From: a virus
IMG/VR virus record: IMGVR_UViG_3300020183_000010
Strand: one strand, 5' to 3'
DNA: 64,000 nucleotides
Position 1 is the stretch's first letter. Every line of letters starts with the position of its first letter. The notes under the pieces are model-generated. The model worked only from the letters and a program-made list of their open reading frames with translations, did not search any database and was not told the origin of the DNA. Shown piece after piece: positions 60,987 to 64,000 of this stretch. The translations under genes were made by a program, and so were the position numbers.

Positions 60987-61280
60987 CTAATAATGTGGAT
61001 TATCCTTTATTTTGTACCAATTTTTGTTTCCTATACTTTTTTCTGATTTCTCAAATACTCCAGTTTCTATTAATTCTTTTACTAATTTTCCATGATTAGT
61101 TTTCTTCCAATTTGATTCTAGAAAGGAATTAAAAGTTTGATCCGAAAATTCCCCATCTGGTCTTCCATCTCTGACCAAATAAGAATTTAGCTCATAGATT
61201 ATATCTTCTTTAGTTGGATACTCTGGAAGATCCTTCCATATACCGAGGAGATATTTTAATTTAAGCTTGTTCTTCTCCAT
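60987..61280 (-). CDS. Small hypothetical protein (winged-helix-like)
   Basis: 97 aa; VKELIETGVFEK...NWYKI. Confidence 0.55.
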   Translation of the reverse strand: MEKNKLKLKYLLGIWKDLPEYPTKEDIIYELNSYLVRDGRPDGEFSDQTFNSFLESNWKKTNHGKLVKELIETGVFEKSEKSIGNKNWYKIKDNPHY

Positions 61281-62442
61281 TATCCTCTACTTCTACTTCT
61301 TCGTTTTCTGGATTAGCTAATTCATCTAATTCCGTTTCATCAAAAAGATCTGGTAATAAGAAATGTGGTTTAATAGCTTTTTCGTCGATCATATGTAGTA
61401 CCTCGTCGGTAAATATTTCCGAGCTAAATAATTGTGATGAGGTAACAGTTTTTCCTAAGTGCTTAATTGCCCATCTGGTAGAAGAAGCATTAGGTGTAAA
61501 TTCCACCTCACCTGTTTTTTTATCAACTTCTAATTTACCTCTTTCGATACCACAAATGTCCCATGATACAAAATCCTGTAAGCCTACATAGGGATTCATA
61601 CCATTCATAAAAGAGATATGAAATTTAACTGCATAAGGTCTGGTAAATCTTGCCTTTTTAGGGGTAGATGTTACGACAATACCAGTTCTTGTATTATCAC
61701 TTCCCTCTTTTAACTGTGCTTTAGAAAGCATAATAACGTTACTCATTGAAAAGATTGGTCCATCACCACCTGCTGCTTCTTTAGTTGGCATAAATCCACC
61801 AATGTTACCGGTTGTTGTATGGTTTGTACAAATTAAAGGAATCTTAACCGCAGTAAGGTCCAGAGTAATTACACGAAATAAAGATCTTAATTCTTTAGAT
61901 CTAATCCCCATATCCATTGCACTTTTACCTTTTAATGCGTCTCCAGTTTCTTTGTCTGTTGATAACATACCTAAAGAATCTAGAATAAGAGCAATTTTAG
62001 GATCTGCCCCTTCTTTTCTATATGTTTTGATCTTGTCTACTAAATTAGCAACAAATACCTTGAAATCTGAAATAGTTTTAATAGGTTGATAACGTACTGT
62101 ATTAGTATCGATACCGAATTTTTTTGCTCCTGATTTATCAATAGCACCTTCAGTATCACAATAAATTACGTTGTAACCTTTTTTCTGAGCCTCTCTTACT
62201 ATGTTCATACACAAGAAAGATTTACCAGTCTGCGGATCTCCTGCAATGCCCATTGATCTATTGTTTGCAATACCCCCAAATAGAGTACCAGATAACTGTG
62301 CGTTTAGTAAATAGTTACCAGTAGGGATCCAATCTCCGACTTCGGAGAAATCGTTGTTTTCTAAAATTGAACCCATTTCAAATCCTTCTATCTTAGATAG
62401 TGATTTGTCTAATTCTGCGAACGAAAATTCTTTTTTTGCCAT
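61261..62442 (-). CDS. uvsX: RecA/UvsX recombinase
   Basis: IPTGNYLLN, GDPQTGKS, YCDTEGA, LDSLGML, TNHT, AGGDG. Confidence 0.93.
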   Translation of the reverse strand: MAKKEFSFAELDKSLSKIEGFEMGSILENNDFSEVGDWIPTGNYLLNAQLSGTLFGGIANNRSMGIAGDPQTGKSFLCMNIVREAQKKGYNVIYCDTEGAIDKSGAKKFGIDTNTVRYQPIKTISDFKVFVANLVDKIKTYRKEGADPKIALILDSLGMLSTDKETGDALKGKSAMDMGIRSKELRSLFRVITLDLTAVKIPLICTNHTTTGNIGGFMPTKEAAGGDGPIFSMSNVIMLSKAQLKEGSDNTRTGIVVTSTPKKARFTRPYAVKFHISFMNGMNPYVGLQDFVSWDICGIERGKLEVDKKTGEVEFTPNASSTRWAIKHLGKTVTSSQLFSSEIFTDEVLHMIDEKAIKPHFLLPDLFDETELDELANPENEEVEVEDNGEEQA

Positions 62443-62452
62443 CTTATTTTTC

Positions 62453-62797
62453 TTATTTAGTTATTTTACACATTGCTCTAGTAATAATTTCAGAATCTTT
62501 TAATTCTTCATTCCCGAATCTCCCGTCCATCTCTCTAAGAATGTATAGATCCTTTCCTATTTCTCTTGCTATATTTTCTAATTGTTCCTTATCTTTAGTG
62601 ACGTCTATGTCACCATACCAAATTTTACCCTCTCCTAAAACAAAAATATTTGCATTAAAATAAACTTCATTATCCGGAAATCTGTCTCTATATCCAGATT
62701 TAGAAAATGAAATCATTCTACCTAAATTAAGACCCTCATTATTAAAAAAATTTTCCATAATATCGATTTTAAATTTCATATAGATATTATAGACCAT
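62453..62797 (-). CDS. Hypothetical phage protein
   Basis: GRMISFSKSGY...FNANIF...KIWYGDID. Confidence 0.65.
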   Translation of the reverse strand: MVYNIYMKFKIDIMENFFNNEGLNLGRMISFSKSGYRDRFPDNEVYFNANIFVLGEGKIWYGDIDVTKDKEQLENIAREIGKDLYILREMDGRFGNEELKDSEIITRAMCKITK

Positions 62798-62833
62798 TTT
62801 TTTGTTTTGGTCCGAAAATCTTTAAAAAATAGA

Positions 62834-63091
62834 TTATTTTATATTATTTTTTAGACAAAGAAGCTTTGAACAGAATTCGAAATTGTTATTTATTTCGTTC
62901 CATTTTATTAGATAATCCAATGTTTTAATTGTTTTTTCTGGATCTTCTTTTAGTGACTCGTCAAGAAGGTAAGGAGAGCAAAGCCATAATTTACTTTTCT
63001 TTTCTGGGTCTATAGAGTACTCAGGTTCCTCTATATGCAAAAAAAATCTGCCATTAGCAGATTTTTTGATATATCTTCTTCCCTTTCCCAT
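62834..63091 (-). CDS. Small protein with degenerate UVR-like C-terminus
   Basis: NNFEFCSKLL. Confidence 0.55.
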   Translation of the reverse strand: MGKGRRYIKKSANGRFFLHIEEPEYSIDPEKKSKLWLCSPYLLDESLKEDPEKTIKTLDYLIKWNEINNNFEFCSKLLCLKNNIK

Positions 63092-63128
63092 ATTATATTA
63101 TATGGGAAAGTTCAATAAAGTTTCTAAT

Positions 63129-63386
63129 TTATATAGTTTTTTCTTTTATTTTTTGTGACAATTTTAGAACAAATGCACATTTTTCGTATTCCTCTGTTGA
63201 TTCAAAATGTGATATCAATCTTTCGAAAAGGTCTGTATTGATAAATTTATAAAGGGGGCTTTCTTTTACAAAAGCTTTTTCACCTTCCCTCTCCATATAT
63301 GAGTAAAGCTTTCTAGATTGCTCATCATACATTCTATCGATTTCTTCTTCGAAATTTAAGTGTTTTTTTATTTCTTCTGGGTCCAT
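63129..63386 (-). CDS. Small protein with UVR-like C-terminus
   Basis: HFESTEEYEKCAFVLKL. Confidence 0.6.
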   Translation of the reverse strand: MDPEEIKKHLNFEEEIDRMYDEQSRKLYSYMEREGEKAFVKESPLYKFINTDLFERLISHFESTEEYEKCAFVLKLSQKIKEKTI

Positions 63387-63451
63387 TTTATTTTATTTTA
63401 TTTTTATATACCAAATGTAGAGTATAAACTCTTTTTTAAAAAACGATTCTA

Positions 63452-63796
63452 TTAATATTTTTGATAATTTGTAAATATTTCTTCTCCTATTTCTATATCC
63501 CGTATTGCAAAGAATATTAGCTTGTCTTTCTTGGTGTCAGTTTGCCAATCTGCATTACTATTATCCGAATGATTAAATATACTTCCATATCCTAAACATA
63601 TAACTAATCCCATTTCTCCTTTAGGCCAACTAAAAAAATGATTATTCAATATTTCAGGGTATCCAATACCTTCTGGGACTTTTATGTAGTGGCATTCTTC
63701 TAGTATTTCTCCAGACTTTATTCTTTCTGAAGCAAAAACACCTCTCCCGTGAACGGGGGAATCATCTACAAATATTTTACTCGATCTATAAAGCAT
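63452..63796 (-). CDS. SET-domain protein (lysine methyltransferase fold)
   Basis: HGRGVFA...GE, IFNHS..SN, AIRDIEIGEEIFTNY. Confidence 0.9.
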   Translation of the reverse strand: MLYRSSKIFVDDSPVHGRGVFASERIKSGEILEECHYIKVPEGIGYPEILNNHFFSWPKGEMGLVICLGYGSIFNHSDNSNADWQTDTKKDKLIFFAIRDIEIGEEIFTNYQKY

Positions 63797-63855
63797 ATCA
63801 CTTATACAATTTAAGAATTAAAAATTTCATAGACGGATATATACAATAAAAAAAT

Positions 63856-64000
63856 ATGAATAACATTCTTTCATTAGAGGATTATTTATTCGAGAATGAA
63901 TCCCCTATATTTTTTACGAATGAGCAAATCAATGAATCATTAGAATATCTTAGTTCAGAGGATCCAGCATTAATGGAAGCTTGGTATAATACAGTTTTAG
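63856..64000 (+). CDS. 5' end of a late protein (truncated by the window)
   Basis: MNNILSLEDYLFENESP...; GATATATA at 63836-63843. Confidence 0.65.
   Translation, partial: MNNILSLEDYLFENESPIFFTNEQINESLEYLSSEDPALMEAWYNTVL

Noticed and set aside
50029-62442. Inteins or introns in terminase, helicase, RecA or gp46
   Set aside because: Lengths and motif spacing are normal; no intein splice or LAGLIDADG motifs seen.

Overview
AT-rich, densely coded segment of a large T4-like (myovirus, probably jumbo) phage, read almost entirely on the minus strand in the standard genetic code. It carries the T4-type core: UvsX/RecA, gp41 helicase, gp46/47, gp44/62 clamp loader, RNase H, ATP-dependent ligase, terminase, neck and tail-completion proteins, sheath, two tail tubes, gp26/gp51-like, gp2, gp4 and a gp55 late sigma factor. 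It also has an ECF-type sigma and TWO tandem portal genes. A-rich SD-less leaders and a TAnnTTTG promoter suggest a Bacteroidota host (inference). The highlights are: (1) a candidate virion-glycosylation cassette between three fibre genes, made of a 1557-aa polyprotein (GT4, TibC/Aah-like heptosyltransferase, methyltransferase, GT-A domains), a sugar aminotransferase and an N-acetyltransferase, next to a fibre with hundreds of Gly-Thr/Ser-Ser residues; (2) an unannotated programmed -1 frameshift candidate (A AAA AAG TAG TAA plus a 15-bp stem) whose 84-aa extension is coupled to the late sigma gene; (3) a +1/-2 frameshift candidate at the gp26/gp51 junction; (4) a three-tier promoter cascade readable from the sequence (host TAnnTTTG, AAAC-N17-TATAA, GATATATA), with several promoters embedded in hairpins next to start codons. 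All protein calls are motif recognition by eye; no searches were run.
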